Origin: Candidatus Poribacteria bacterium
GTDB taxonomy: Bacteria; Poribacteria; WGA-4E; PCPOR2b
Length of the DNA stretch: 64,000 nucleotides
Direction of reading: 5' to 3'
Assembly (NCBI GenBank): GCA_965198175.1
Contig: OZ240245.1
Coordinates: 4,640,001 to 4,704,000 of the forward strand
Shown here: piece after piece, positions 10,480 to 20,764 of the stretch
How the letters are laid out: the number at the start of each line of letters is the position of its first letter
Numbering within the stretch: position 1 is the first letter of the stretch
The notes under the pieces: generated by a model
The model's input: only the letters and a program-made list of their open reading frames with translations
Told to the model about the DNA's origin: nothing
The model's database searches: none
Position numbers and translations under genes: made by a program

Positions 10480-10924
10480 CGAAGTGGACCGGACACCCGA
10501 AGAGCTCGTCATTTGTCTAGATATTCCCAGTTCAATGCAACTCGTTTACGTGCTGGATTCTGTAATCTCGGAAATTCTCAAAGAGATGGGATTCGATGAA
10601 GAATCAAGGGAGCAGGTTAATCTAGCCGTGATTGAGGCAGGCACCAACGCGATTAAGCATGGGAATAAGGAGGATGTAAATAAGCGTGCTCATTTTGAGT
10701 TCATCCTCAATCAAGACAAGCTTACGGTTGTTGTCCGGGATGGAGGCGCAGGGTTCGATCGAGAAAGCGTAGAGAATCCTTTGGATCCGGCAAATTTGTT
10801 GAAGAGTAGCGGAAGGGGAATTTTTCTAATGGAAACTTGTATGGACACAGTTAAATACGAAGCACCAGGTACAACCGTAAGGATGGTGAAGTACAAGAAA
10901 TCGTCGAGCAACAAACAGACATAA
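10466..10924 (+). CDS. anti-sigma factor Ser/Thr kinase (RsbW-like HATPase)
   Basis: LAVIEAGTNAIKHGN, RDGGAGF, SGRGIFLM. Confidence 0.88.
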   Translation: MGRSSEVDRTPEELVICLDIPSSMQLVYVLDSVISEILKEMGFDEESREQVNLAVIEAGTNAIKHGNKEDVNKRAHFEFILNQDKLTVVVRDGGAGFDRESVENPLDPANLLKSSGRGIFLMETCMDTVKYEAPGTTVRMVKYKKSSSNKQT

Positions 10925-11091
10925 CCTTAGGGATTCGGCGCAAGAACTGTCCCACACCTGATTACCAGCTTCAAAAGACGCATTCACGCCTTGAGTGCGA
11001 AAACAGCTCTTGCAATGTCTACCTTGGTTCGTCCAATGAGCGTAAACCGGCGGATACCCACCATGTAGTTGGCTTCAACAAGGAGACTCAG

Positions 11092-11436
11092 ATGGACATT
11101 ACGGTTCGTAAAAAAGACGACGTTACAATTTTGGATGTTGGGGGAAGAATCACTGGATCCGACAGCCTAGACCTCAAACACACCATTGATGAACAAATTG
11201 ATATTGCTGTGGATAACATTGCGAAAATTGTGTTGAACCTTGAACGAGTGCGTATCGTGGATAGCTTTGGTCTCGGCGTCATCGTTGCTGCCTATACATC
11301 AATCCAGCGGAAGGGCGGGCGTATTGTTCTGCTCCATGTTGGGGGGAACATCAAGAACTTAATTGTTATGGCGAAACTGATGACAATCTTCGATCAGTAT
11401 GACGATGAGGATGAGGCGGTCGCCAGTTTTCAATAA
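11092..11436 (+). CDS. STAS-domain anti-sigma-factor antagonist
   Basis: AAGGAG SD; IVLNLERVRIVDSFGLG. Confidence 0.85.
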   Translation: MDITVRKKDDVTILDVGGRITGSDSLDLKHTIDEQIDIAVDNIAKIVLNLERVRIVDSFGLGVIVAAYTSIQRKGGRIVLLHVGGNIKNLIVMAKLMTIFDQYDDEDEAVASFQ

Positions 11437-11600
11437 AGTCGAAGACTGAGGAACAAGGGAGAATGCCCCTCTTTCTTGTACATCCGACAGGATTTAAGTA
11501 CCTCAATTAAATAGGTTCATGACTTCGACCTCAACCATTGGAGTTCACCGTAGTTTCAAATCACGTTTGATAGAAATTCTGCACCCCCTGGAGCACGCAT

Positions 11601-12431
11601 GTGACTGTTACAACGCACTACACAGAGAGACGCGATGCATTGTGGACGAAATGCACGCACTGTAATGAGCCGGTATTCAATCAGGTATTAGAGCGCAATT
11701 TCTACGCTTGTCCACACTGTGATTATTATTCACCGATGCCTGCCGAGGTTCGTCTGCGTCACCTATTTGATTCGGAGCCACTGATAAATCTCTACCCACC
11801 ATCGGCACCAGAAACTCTCTTAGAATCGCTTGAACTTATGGATTTTGTTTCGCAAACGACATTTCCGGAGAAACAGAGTCAGTTAATCGCTGCGGCGGAA
11901 GGTACAATTTCAGGGAATCCCGTAATTCTAGTTGTCGTCCATCCCTATTCCGTTCCTCAACGCGGTCATTTTGTCACCCTGCTCACCGCTATCCGCACGG
12001 CATCGCAAAAAAAATACCCCCTTATCACTTTTTATCCAAGCGATGTCCTTCCTAAGAGGAAGTCGGATGAGCCTATGCAACCCGAACTGACTCCTGCTGA
12101 AATTACACATCTGAAAATCGAGATGGATGGTTTATCACAAGCGGGTCTCCCCCAGATTACGACCCTGACGGATATAGATGTAACTGGCGGGTTCTCAACA
12201 CGGTTTCCACTCGGGGATCTCGTCGTTGGCGAGCAGAGAGCAGTTGGACATGGGGGCGAACAAATTTCCAATCTTTCAGATTCCCCGCAATCTAATGTGC
12301 TCATAGATCTATGCGTCCAGCGCCAAGAGCTGCCTGAGTTGTTGGGAAAATTGCTTGCCTTTTTCGCCAACAAAGAGGAAGTTGGACTATCGGGAAAGAA
12401 ATTAGGAAAAGAAATTCACTCGAAATCATAG
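11601..12431 (+). CDS. AccD-like protein (zinc ribbon intact, carboxyltransferase motifs degenerate)
   Basis: LWTKCTHC-x15-CPHC matches the AccD N-terminal zinc finger; no GGSMG or SGGARMQE; residual VTGG. Confidence 0.6.
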   Translation: MTVTTHYTERRDALWTKCTHCNEPVFNQVLERNFYACPHCDYYSPMPAEVRLRHLFDSEPLINLYPPSAPETLLESLELMDFVSQTTFPEKQSQLIAAAEGTISGNPVILVVVHPYSVPQRGHFVTLLTAIRTASQKKYPLITFYPSDVLPKRKSDEPMQPELTPAEITHLKIEMDGLSQAGLPQITTLTDIDVTGGFSTRFPLGDLVVGEQRAVGHGGEQISNLSDSPQSNVLIDLCVQRQELPELLGKLLAFFANKEEVGLSGKKLGKEIHSKS

Positions 12432-12562
12432 ACATTCTCGCGTACGTAATTCCCGTCCTTTCCAAAATGGCGGGAGCGAGAACCCAATGGGTTTTTGAAA
12501 CCTTTGGAGCTTACTGACGCATCAACCTAAACTTGCTAGTGCGCTACCCTATAGGAGCACGA

Positions 12563-13180
12563 ATGAAAATGAACCGTTATCTCCAAATTAGCCTTAGAAC
12601 GATCTTCATATTGACCTTATTTGTCCACTTGAGTTGCTCGGCGTTTCAGCCGGTCCGGATTATTCCTGTATTTGACCCCGAAGCGACCATCCTGCCTCAG
12701 TCAGGGACAGTCATTTATGAAAAAAATGGTATCACAGCGATGGCAGTACCGCTAAACGACGTAAAAGCCGTTGACGCTTTCGGCATTTTAATCTATAACA
12801 ACACAGACCACTTCATTTCGTTTAAAAAGAAGGATTGCTGGATGCTAGATCAATCCGGCGATGAAACACGACCGATCGATAAATCTCAAGAGACATTTTT
12901 CCTCGGCAAAAATTTCAGACCGAAGTTGCCACCGGAATTTGGGGTTGATGTTTTTCGATGGAATCCGGCGCTCCGGATAGAGGGCGATCCCGCCGTATTG
13001 CCTCGCGAGGATGCTGAGAAAACAACGGTTATGCCGAAACGTCGCACTCAGTTTTTTCTCTATTTTCGCAAGCGTAGCATCAAATCGTTGAATCTACGTG
13101 TCATCGTTCCCAAAGTTCGAAGTGATTTCGACGATGTACAATCAACTTTTGTTTTCAAATTCCAAGTACAAAAAGGCTAG
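12563..13180 (+). CDS. hypothetical lipoprotein
   Basis: AGGAG SD, hydrophobic leader ending HLSC. Confidence 0.65.
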   Translation: MKMNRYLQISLRTIFILTLFVHLSCSAFQPVRIIPVFDPEATILPQSGTVIYEKNGITAMAVPLNDVKAVDAFGILIYNNTDHFISFKKKDCWMLDQSGDETRPIDKSQETFFLGKNFRPKLPPEFGVDVFRWNPALRIEGDPAVLPREDAEKTTVMPKRRTQFFLYFRKRSIKSLNLRVIVPKVRSDFDDVQSTFVFKFQVQKG

Positions 13181-13183
13181 GCG

Positions 13184-14344
13184 ATGTTGCACTTCGTAGG
13201 CCGGACCAATCGGGTGCAACCCTCTAGGGCGTTTCGGAACTGTACGCAATGGTTACTCCCTCTCACTGGTCTCGCGCTCTCCTTCTATTTGGGTTGTTCT
13301 GTGGTTCAACACGTCCCGCATGGCGAGACCGTTGAGCCAAAGAACAACAACACCGCGCTGAAAATTGTCCCTCCGCAGGTTATTTCCTCCATTCACAATC
13401 TTCCCGCCCCAACCATACTGGGTGTGAACTATATCGAAGCGATTGGTCAGCCAGGACAAGGCGCTGGACAATTCCTGCGTCCAGTTGGATTGGCTTTGGA
13501 CCATCGTGGACAACTTTACGTTGCAGATTCAGGTAACAATCGCGTACAGGTTGTTGATGTAGATGGAAACTTCATTGCAGAATACGGAAGGCACGGTTGG
13601 CGGACAGGTGAATTTGATACACCTACCGATGTCGCTATTAATTATCAGCGGACCGAACTCCTCTACGTCGCAGATACCGGTAACAGCCGCATCCAGTATT
13701 GCAACCTTGTGGACCGCATCTTCCGAATCGTTGCTGGGAGTCGATCGAACTATGACCTTCGGGAGGACGAGGAAAATCGAGCAATCGAACTGGATTTGCC
13801 CGAAGGGGTTGGTATCGGACGTAACGGCGAAGTTTATACAATCGATACAGGAAACCACCGTTTTGTCCAGTTCAACACAGAAGGACTACCTGCACTGATA
13901 CGCGGTGAATTTGGCAGGGCGAAGGAACAGTTTCGCAACCCAACCGATTTGGTCGTTGATACTCGCGGGAATGTTTACATTGTGGATTCGGGAAACCATC
14001 GCATCAAAAAATACGACTTCAGCGGCAACCTTGTCAGGATGTGGGGGACAGAGGGAGAGGCGATGGGGCAATTTCGAGAGCCAAGTCACATTACGCTTGA
14101 TCGTTGGAACTACCTTTATGTGACCGATGGGGGAAATCGGCGAGTGCAGGTCTTCAGAGGAGATGGACAAACCGTAATGGCGTTTAACAGTGAAGATCTT
14201 GTCGAACCCGCCGGCATCGCAATCTCACGGGACAGTCGAATCTTCGTCAGTGATATCGGAACAAATACCATCCAGGTCTTTCAGGTTGTTTATCGCCCCA
14301 TAGAAAACACCGACAAGGGAGAGGTAAAAACACTGGGAAAGTGA
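13184..14344 (+). CDS. NHL-repeat beta-propeller lipoprotein
   Basis: YLGC lipobox; six repeats of GxFxxPxxxxxD...YVxDxGNxRxQ. Confidence 0.88.
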   Translation: MLHFVGRTNRVQPSRAFRNCTQWLLPLTGLALSFYLGCSVVQHVPHGETVEPKNNNTALKIVPPQVISSIHNLPAPTILGVNYIEAIGQPGQGAGQFLRPVGLALDHRGQLYVADSGNNRVQVVDVDGNFIAEYGRHGWRTGEFDTPTDVAINYQRTELLYVADTGNSRIQYCNLVDRIFRIVAGSRSNYDLREDEENRAIELDLPEGVGIGRNGEVYTIDTGNHRFVQFNTEGLPALIRGEFGRAKEQFRNPTDLVVDTRGNVYIVDSGNHRIKKYDFSGNLVRMWGTEGEAMGQFREPSHITLDRWNYLYVTDGGNRRVQVFRGDGQTVMAFNSEDLVEPAGIAISRDSRIFVSDIGTNTIQVFQVVYRPIENTDKGEVKTLGK

Positions 14345-14381
14345 TGAAGCGGAAAATCGGCTGGTTGAATAGGGATTCAAA

Positions 14382-17300
14382 TTGGAGAAAGGGAAACGAG
14401 ATGTGGAGGTGTACAAACAGCTATATTTAATGACGCATTCAGGGAGTCCGGTCGCCTGTCTACCGTCTCTAGCAACACGATTTCGAGTATTTTCTCTGCG
14501 AAAACTTCTGCCGTTGTTGTGTTTATTACTATCAGGTATTTTCAATGCCGCAGCTCCTGGCGCAGACGACGCAAACCCTACCAAAACTTCAACGAACGAC
14601 CTCCAACTTCCTTACATCTCGCTTCTGCAAAAGTCGGAGACGGTGCAGTTCAAAGATTTCTCCAAACCTTTTTTTCTAAAGCATTTGCCAATCGTCCGGG
14701 ATAGCGAAACGGTAACGATTAATGGCGAAACGCTCACCAAAAATCTGGACTACCAAATCGATTATCACGCTGGTACCTTCACCCTTCTGAATGACTACCC
14801 GCGGGATGCTTTTGTCAATGTTTCCTACCAAGCCCTGCCCTTCGAAATCAAGAAGCGGTACAAACGCAATCTGTTTCGACAGAAACAACCGCTGGGCGAA
14901 AAACCTCCTGCGGAAAGTGAATTTGGACTGCAACCCGAATATACCCGCCAACAACTCACAGAAGCCGCACAACCTCCCCTGCAAGTCACGGGGACGCAGA
15001 CGTTTGGCGTTTCAGTCGGCAGCGGACGAGCGTTGTCGCAAAACCAAGAATTGCGGATTAGCGTTGACGGCAAAGTCTCGGAGAACGTGAGTGTCATCGC
15101 TCTGCTCTCCGATCAAGATCTCCCAATCCAACCGGAGGGCACAACAGAGGACATCCAAGACATCGATCAAAAACTCATTCGGATCACAAGTCCGAATGTG
15201 ACTGCGACATTGGGCGATTTTGAGGGGTCGCTCGGCAATTCCGAGTTCATTTTCTTTCCAAGGGCGCTAGAAGGTGTGCACGTAGAAGGAAATTTCAAGT
15301 GGGGGTCATTCCATATTATTCCAAGTAGCATCCCCAAGGGGGAATCTGCCAGTAAGACCATCCGGGCAGAGGAGGGACGCAGCGAATATCGAATTGATGT
15401 GGATGGCGAATTTGTCGTCGTCAAAGCGGGGACGGAAATTGTCTGGCTTAACGGTGAACGGATGCGACGCGGAGAAAACCATGACTACGTCATCCGCGAT
15501 TACGGCGACCCCATCATCGAATTCACCAGCAAACACTTGATTACTAGCAACGACAGCATCCGTATCGACTTTGAATTTATCCCTGAAGATCTCGCATATC
15601 AACGGAATCTACAGGGGGTAAGCGGGTTGTTGAATCTGCTACCGGACGGGCGCGCAGCGGTTGGTCTCGCTTACACCGTTGAATCAGATTTGAATGACCC
15701 AGAAAATGCGTTCATTATCCTCAACGAACAAGATATTGAGGATTTGAAAAATAATGAGTTGGGCTCCGATGGAAAATCGCTTATCGCACCACAACGACAC
15801 ACGGTGTGGGGCATCGAAGGACGTCTCCTTCCCTCAGATGGAACATCGGTTGAGGGACAAATGGCTTTTAGCGCACTCGATGAGAACACTTTTTCCAATC
15901 GAGATGCGAAGGTGCTCAGTCGGGCGTGGAAATTTCTGGCAAATTCGTCGAGCCAAAAACTTCAACTGAATTTGGATGTCCGCTCCCTTGATGCTGAGTT
16001 TGTGCCGGTCGGGGCATCGAGCACCAACCGTACACGCTTCCGCTATGAGGAGCAGTATTCTGAAGAAAGATTTGATGACCTGTATCTGTTCAGCGCATCT
16101 GGGGGTGGGCAATCGCCTGATGAAAGATCACTGGACTTCGATCTCCAGTTTAAGCCTTTCGGTTGGATAAGGCTTGATTCAGGATTAGGGCGAACGGAGG
16201 AGCGTTTTAAGATTGAACCTACAATCGATGGGTTGGCCGAAGGCGGAGTTCCCACTCCTCACCGCCTTGGAGAGAGCGAGGGAACGGGGTCCGATGACAT
16301 AACAATCCGCAACAATTTCAACGGCGGGTTTGACTTCAAGCCGCAGGGCGGTTTTATCAAGCGCCCAATCTTTCCCCGCGTGAGAAGCGATTACCGAAGC
16401 AGTACGTCAAAGGTCAGAGGACAAGACCAATTTCGCAAGGACCGGACAATGTGGAATATCTATCAGCGGATTCGCCCATTCAATCTGAACGCTTCTATCG
16501 AACGGCTGGAGTCGATTGATCTCGATGCATCCGATGCGCAGAATCTCAACCGGAAGCGGAACATCTCAACCGGTCGGATAAATCTTGCTGATTTTCAGTG
16601 GGCGTCCATCAATACAGAATACACGCTTGAGGAAGCATTTGACAAAGAACCCCTAATCGTCGTTGATGAGGAGACCCTCGCCTTTTCGGACTGGACGCGG
16701 ATGACGAGCGCGAAAACGTGGAAGGTTGGATTCTTTTCACGACCGCGCAAATGGACAAACTTTTCAGCCAACCTCTCTCGGCGCTTGTTTAAGTCGCAGA
16801 GACCGGCAGGTGCGGATTCAACAACACAGTTAGCAGATATTAACCTGCGTCTCACACCATTCAACCGCGCGCTGGATGGCGAGATGGTCTATGAACTCGA
16901 TAAGACGCTCGCGACAGAGCGGCGAGAAATATACACAAACATCCATCCAATAACAGGCAGGGAAATTCCACCGGGGGAGGGGCACTATGTCAAAATTGAT
17001 GAACTGCATTATCGGGAGGATTTTGAAGAGGGGAATTATATCAGATTTGTCCAGAATATTGATGACAAGCCTGTTTCTGCAATTAATGTCAAGTTTCGAG
17101 TGCGCCTTCAACCGCGCCGGATTATTTCACGCCGGCGCCGAGTCCGCGACTCGGGTGCCAGCATCCTCGATACATTTCGTAACGATACCGGCGAAACGCT
17201 ATCGAAGCCGCCAGCGGAGTCACAAATCGATAGCGCCTCTCCGATTAACCCGACTCCACCCGACCCCTCGCTTAACTCGCCATCCACCATGCGCGATCGG

Positions 17301-18095
17301 GTTGAATGGCTGGCGAATGCTATCCGCGGGGAGTTTCAAGTGCGCATCACGGAAGAGCAAGAAGTCTCCGACCCCTCCTCACTTCTCCTATTGCGAAATC
17401 TACAGAATGAACAGACGGTCTTTGGACGCAAGGTTCAGCGGTATCAGCTTGGCTTCTCTCCATCATCGGTGTTCAATCTAGATGTTAGATTCAACACAAA
17501 TCAGCTCCTCAACAAACGAATCAACAACCGTGAACGCCGACGGAAAGGTAGAGATTGGGACATCCACATGACGCTTAATCCAACAGCGAAGTTCTCATTG
17601 CGTGCTAGATTGGAAGTCCGTCGTGAGCAAGATGAGTTCACCCAATTGAATCTGGAAGGCAAAGCGGCGGAGCAAATCTCCGATCTCATGCAATATGAAC
17701 GACTTAATGCAATTGAGCTCCGTTACGAACTCAGTCGCGCGGCGCGATTTGGCGTCGTCGGTAGTCACGGGATTACTTCGGATATGGAGCGCCTTGATGA
17801 CGAACCGGAGGCTCAGACACAGACGCTCTCAGTCGAGAATCAGTTGGTCTACTCCTTTATCCGCAAAGGGCGGATCGATTTCAAATATCGAATCGGCTAC
17901 GGAACCAGCGAGGGCGGCATCCCTTTTGCGCGATACAACTTCTACGAAGGAATCAGCCACGAAATCAGAGCAACCACGAGTTACAAGGTGCATAAGGTGA
18001 CAGACCTGCTGCTGAGATTCAGTTACCGATTGCTCTCGACAAAACAGCGGAAGCCTGAACATCGCATGAATATGGAGGTGGTCGCAGAGTTGTGA
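14382..18095 (+). CDS. large putative outer-membrane beta-barrel protein, unknown function
   Basis: 1237-aa ORF, signal-like segment (LLPLLCLLLSGIFNAAA), many amphipathic beta-strands, C-terminal strand ...MNMEVVAEL. Start uncertain. Confidence 0.65.
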   Translation: MEKGKRDVEVYKQLYLMTHSGSPVACLPSLATRFRVFSLRKLLPLLCLLLSGIFNAAAPGADDANPTKTSTNDLQLPYISLLQKSETVQFKDFSKPFFLKHLPIVRDSETVTINGETLTKNLDYQIDYHAGTFTLLNDYPRDAFVNVSYQALPFEIKKRYKRNLFRQKQPLGEKPPAESEFGLQPEYTRQQLTEAAQPPLQVTGTQTFGVSVGSGRALSQNQELRISVDGKVSENVSVIALLSDQDLPIQPEGTTEDIQDIDQKLIRITSPNVTATLGDFEGSLGNSEFIFFPRALEGVHVEGNFKWGSFHIIPSSIPKGESASKTIRAEEGRSEYRIDVDGEFVVVKAGTEIVWLNGERMRRGENHDYVIRDYGDPIIEFTSKHLITSNDSIRIDFEFIPEDLAYQRNLQGVSGLLNLLPDGRAAVGLAYTVESDLNDPENAFIILNEQDIEDLKNNELGSDGKSLIAPQRHTVWGIEGRLLPSDGTSVEGQMAFSALDENTFSNRDAKVLSRAWKFLANSSSQKLQLNLDVRSLDAEFVPVGASSTNRTRFRYEEQYSEERFDDLYLFSASGGGQSPDERSLDFDLQFKPFGWIRLDSGLGRTEERFKIEPTIDGLAEGGVPTPHRLGESEGTGSDDITIRNNFNGGFDFKPQGGFIKRPIFPRVRSDYRSSTSKVRGQDQFRKDRTMWNIYQRIRPFNLNASIERLESIDLDASDAQNLNRKRNISTGRINLADFQWASINTEYTLEEAFDKEPLIVVDEETLAFSDWTRMTSAKTWKVGFFSRPRKWTNFSANLSRRLFKSQRPAGADSTTQLADINLRLTPFNRALDGEMVYELDKTLATERREIYTNIHPITGREIPPGEGHYVKIDELHYREDFEEGNYIRFVQNIDDKPVSAINVKFRVRLQPRRIISRRRRVRDSGASILDTFRNDTGETLSKPPAESQIDSASPINPTPPDPSLNSPSTMRDRVEWLANAIRGEFQVRITEEQEVSDPSSLLLLRNLQNEQTVFGRKVQRYQLGFSPSSVFNLDVRFNTNQLLNKRINNRERRRKGRDWDIHMTLNPTAKFSLRARLEVRREQDEFTQLNLEGKAAEQISDLMQYERLNAIELRYELSRAARFGVVGSHGITSDMERLDDEPEAQTQTLSVENQLVYSFIRKGRIDFKYRIGYGTSEGGIPFARYNFYEGISHEIRATTSYKVHKVTDLLLRFSYRLLSTKQRKPEHRMNMEVVAEL

Positions 18096-18234
18096 GGCGG
18101 AAGGAGAGTGGGAGAGACGTGTGGAAATGAAGGGGAATGGAGTCACAGGTAAAGGAAGAAGTGGGATTCGAGCACAGAATCAGGAAGTTAGCGCGAACTT
18201 GAGTTGTTTTCTGGCGTCGGGTTCTGACAACTCG

Positions 18235-20478
18235 TTAGAACTCGGTGGTAACTCCTAAGTACGGGAGAATCGGGAATTGGTAGATTTCGTCGTTGTCGGA
18301 GTAGTCTTCGCTGTAGTTGAAGGCGAGCAGGTTCTTACGGTTATAGACGTTCAAGAGTTCGAGAAAAAGGCGCATCTCCCAGCTTTCAAATCGAAACGCT
18401 TTGCTGAGTTTCACATCCAACCGGTGATAGGGCGGAAATCGCGCTGAATTTATCGCCGCGTAAATTGGGATATAGATAGGTTCGCCGTTACGCGGGTCCG
18501 CCCGAAGGTTTGCGCCGAGCACTGGTGTATAGGGGTTTCCAGTACGGTATTGCCATTTTGCGCCAATCTCCCACGTGGGAGTCGGGCTGTACGTCGCCGC
18601 AAACGTAGCAACGTGCGTTTGGTCAAACGAATAGTAGCGATACGGTCCGCCGGGGCGGTCGCGCCGTTTAGAGAGTCCGTACGCGTAGGATGCCCACCCC
18701 AAAAACCGCTCCCCGGCGCGGTGGCGTAGGAACACCTCAGTCCCCTGCGCGTACCCAACACCCTGGTTAAGATACTTTGCATCGGCGTCGAAGGTGACAA
18801 GGTCGACAAGGTTCTTGTAATAACCGGCAACTTTTAACTCTGTTGTCGACGACACTTGGCGCGTGAACTCCAATACATAGTGGCTAGCTTGGCTTGTGCC
18901 AAGGTTGGGGTTCCCAACGCTCTGAGTCAGCCTCGGCGGCCCCGGCACCTGATTATAGTTGCCATAAGCGAATTGGAGTTGAGATTCGCCCGGGATTTCC
19001 AGCAGGAGGCTTCCCCGTGGTTGGAGTGACAGTTCGTCAATACGGTTCAGGTAATCCGCGCGCAAACCGAGCACAACCGCCAAAAATGGCAACACCCGAT
19101 ACCGGTCCTGCAGATAGATTTCCATTCGACGCCCGAGGACGGATTCATCGAACGCTACCTTTTCAACAAACCGGAGATCGTAATCGGCTTCGCCCTCATC
19201 GGGCGGGCGGCTAAACCTGCCGGTGGCTGTGCCGGGTTCAATGCCGAGTATCACGCCGGATTCGAGTTGATGTTTCGGGGATAGCGTATAGGCGAGGTCT
19301 TCGCGAAGGATGTATTGTGGGGCATCGACCTTGAGAGAAAGTCCAGCACCAATATTGACGTCGAATTCGAAGTAGGACCGTGTCAAGGATAGAAAGGAGG
19401 AGAGCCGATTTGTGAGTTGGGAACGAAGGTGAACCCCAGCGCCCTCAAAGCCGCTGCCGAAGTTCAGGTCACCTCTAAAATCCTGGTCCACATCTTCGCC
19501 ATCTAGTTTGAGTGCAAAGCTGTCACCGGAGGCGAACAGGTTCATGGAGAGTTGATGTTTTGCAGAGAGACTGTAGCCTCCCTTTACCTGATAATCCCAG
19601 AACCGAGGAAAGCTGGTGATTTGTCCAGTGTTAAACGACAATGATCCCAAGAACAGATCAATGTAGCTCCGCCGTCCGGCGACATACCAGAACCCCCGCT
19701 CTCCGAGTTTCCCCTCCAGCAGCCCCTCGGAGTAAAGCAGGTTGATGTTGAACTTTGCTCGGAACCCATCAGCGTTCTCTTTCCGCGAATAGATGTCTAT
19801 CACCGCCTGAGAATCGACACCGAATTCGGCGCCGTAGCCGCCGGCGTAGACATCAATTCGCTCAATGATTTCGGAACTCAGGGACGAAACAATCCCGCCG
19901 AAATGATAGGGGTATGCGATCGGTACACGGTCAAAGTAGTAGAGGTTGTCCTCATCGGATCCGCCGCGAATATAGAGGGCGCCGCTGAAGTCGTTTGCGA
20001 CACCGACGCTGGGCAGGGCTTGCAACGCACGCAGGGAATCGCCTATCGCGCCGGGGACGCGCTGAATCTCTGAACCGCGTAGACTCTCTCTGCCGACGGT
20101 TGACGTAGGACGGTCCGTCGTCACTTCTACCTCATCAAGTAGGATTGTATCCGGCTCAAGATAAATTTTGAGTTGGGTCGTTTCCCCCGGCTTGACCGTG
20201 ACAACAACATCGCTGGAAGGGCGATAAGCGGAAGCTGTTGCGGTGAGTGTATATTCTCCGGCGGGTAGGTTGCGAATTCGAAATTCGCCGCTCGAAGCGG
20301 TTGTGATGCGTCTACCCGTTTCAACGATGCGCACCTGCGCGGAGGCGACTCGTTTTCCAGAATCCTGTTGATAGACTGTACCGTAAATTTCACCGGGGGT
20401 ATTTTGGGACTGTTGTCCAATCGCGGTACCGGGCTGGATGGATAAGATAAAAAGGAGGTAAATCGAAAGTTGCTTCAT
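18235..20478 (-). CDS. TonB-dependent receptor with N-terminal carboxypeptidase-regulatory-like domain
   Basis: Signal peptide, EVEVT TonB-box-like segment, plug (LYIRGG, GGYGAEFG), C-terminal LLNVYN...GVTTEF. Confidence 0.9.
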   Translation of the reverse strand: MKQLSIYLLFILSIQPGTAIGQQSQNTPGEIYGTVYQQDSGKRVASAQVRIVETGRRITTASSGEFRIRNLPAGEYTLTATASAYRPSSDVVVTVKPGETTQLKIYLEPDTILLDEVEVTTDRPTSTVGRESLRGSEIQRVPGAIGDSLRALQALPSVGVANDFSGALYIRGGSDEDNLYYFDRVPIAYPYHFGGIVSSLSSEIIERIDVYAGGYGAEFGVDSQAVIDIYSRKENADGFRAKFNINLLYSEGLLEGKLGERGFWYVAGRRSYIDLFLGSLSFNTGQITSFPRFWDYQVKGGYSLSAKHQLSMNLFASGDSFALKLDGEDVDQDFRGDLNFGSGFEGAGVHLRSQLTNRLSSFLSLTRSYFEFDVNIGAGLSLKVDAPQYILREDLAYTLSPKHQLESGVILGIEPGTATGRFSRPPDEGEADYDLRFVEKVAFDESVLGRRMEIYLQDRYRVLPFLAVVLGLRADYLNRIDELSLQPRGSLLLEIPGESQLQFAYGNYNQVPGPPRLTQSVGNPNLGTSQASHYVLEFTRQVSSTTELKVAGYYKNLVDLVTFDADAKYLNQGVGYAQGTEVFLRHRAGERFLGWASYAYGLSKRRDRPGGPYRYYSFDQTHVATFAATYSPTPTWEIGAKWQYRTGNPYTPVLGANLRADPRNGEPIYIPIYAAINSARFPPYHRLDVKLSKAFRFESWEMRLFLELLNVYNRKNLLAFNYSEDYSDNDEIYQFPILPYLGVTTEF

Positions 20479-20628
20479 TCAGTATAGATTGCCTTTAATC
20501 CTTTGAGTCCGTTCTTATGACGAAAAATCTGAAACTGAGTTTACACCATGGTGAGAAAAATCTAGAGTCCGATAGGGGCAGGATTGTGCGCCTCCGCTCC
20601 AGGGCGTAGGCGGGGTTAATTTTGACTG

Positions 20629-20661
20629 CGTTGGGTTTCACCGTGTTCAACCCAACCTACA
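20629..20661. repeat. GTAG-type REP-like palindrome
   Basis: CGTTGGGTTTCACCGTGTTCAACCCAACCTAC; related copies at 25941, 26368, 27710, 35454, 40467. Confidence 0.7.
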
Positions 20662-20733
20662 GGCTACTTGTCCATTGAGCCGGATTGACAATACAGGCCA
20701 ACCGTCGGATTTACACAGGCGCTGAAGAACAAA

Positions 20734-20764
20734 CCCCCTCTAGCTCCCCCTTCGTAAGGGGGAG
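20734..20764 (+). repeat. palindromic repeat, copy 1
   Basis: CCCCCTCTAGCTCCCCCTTCGTAAGGGGGAG; 28/31 identical to 34206-34236. Confidence 0.7.

Noticed and set aside
18096..18200. Purine-rich intergenic tract
   Set aside because: Low-complexity sequence between convergent genes; no definable repeat unit
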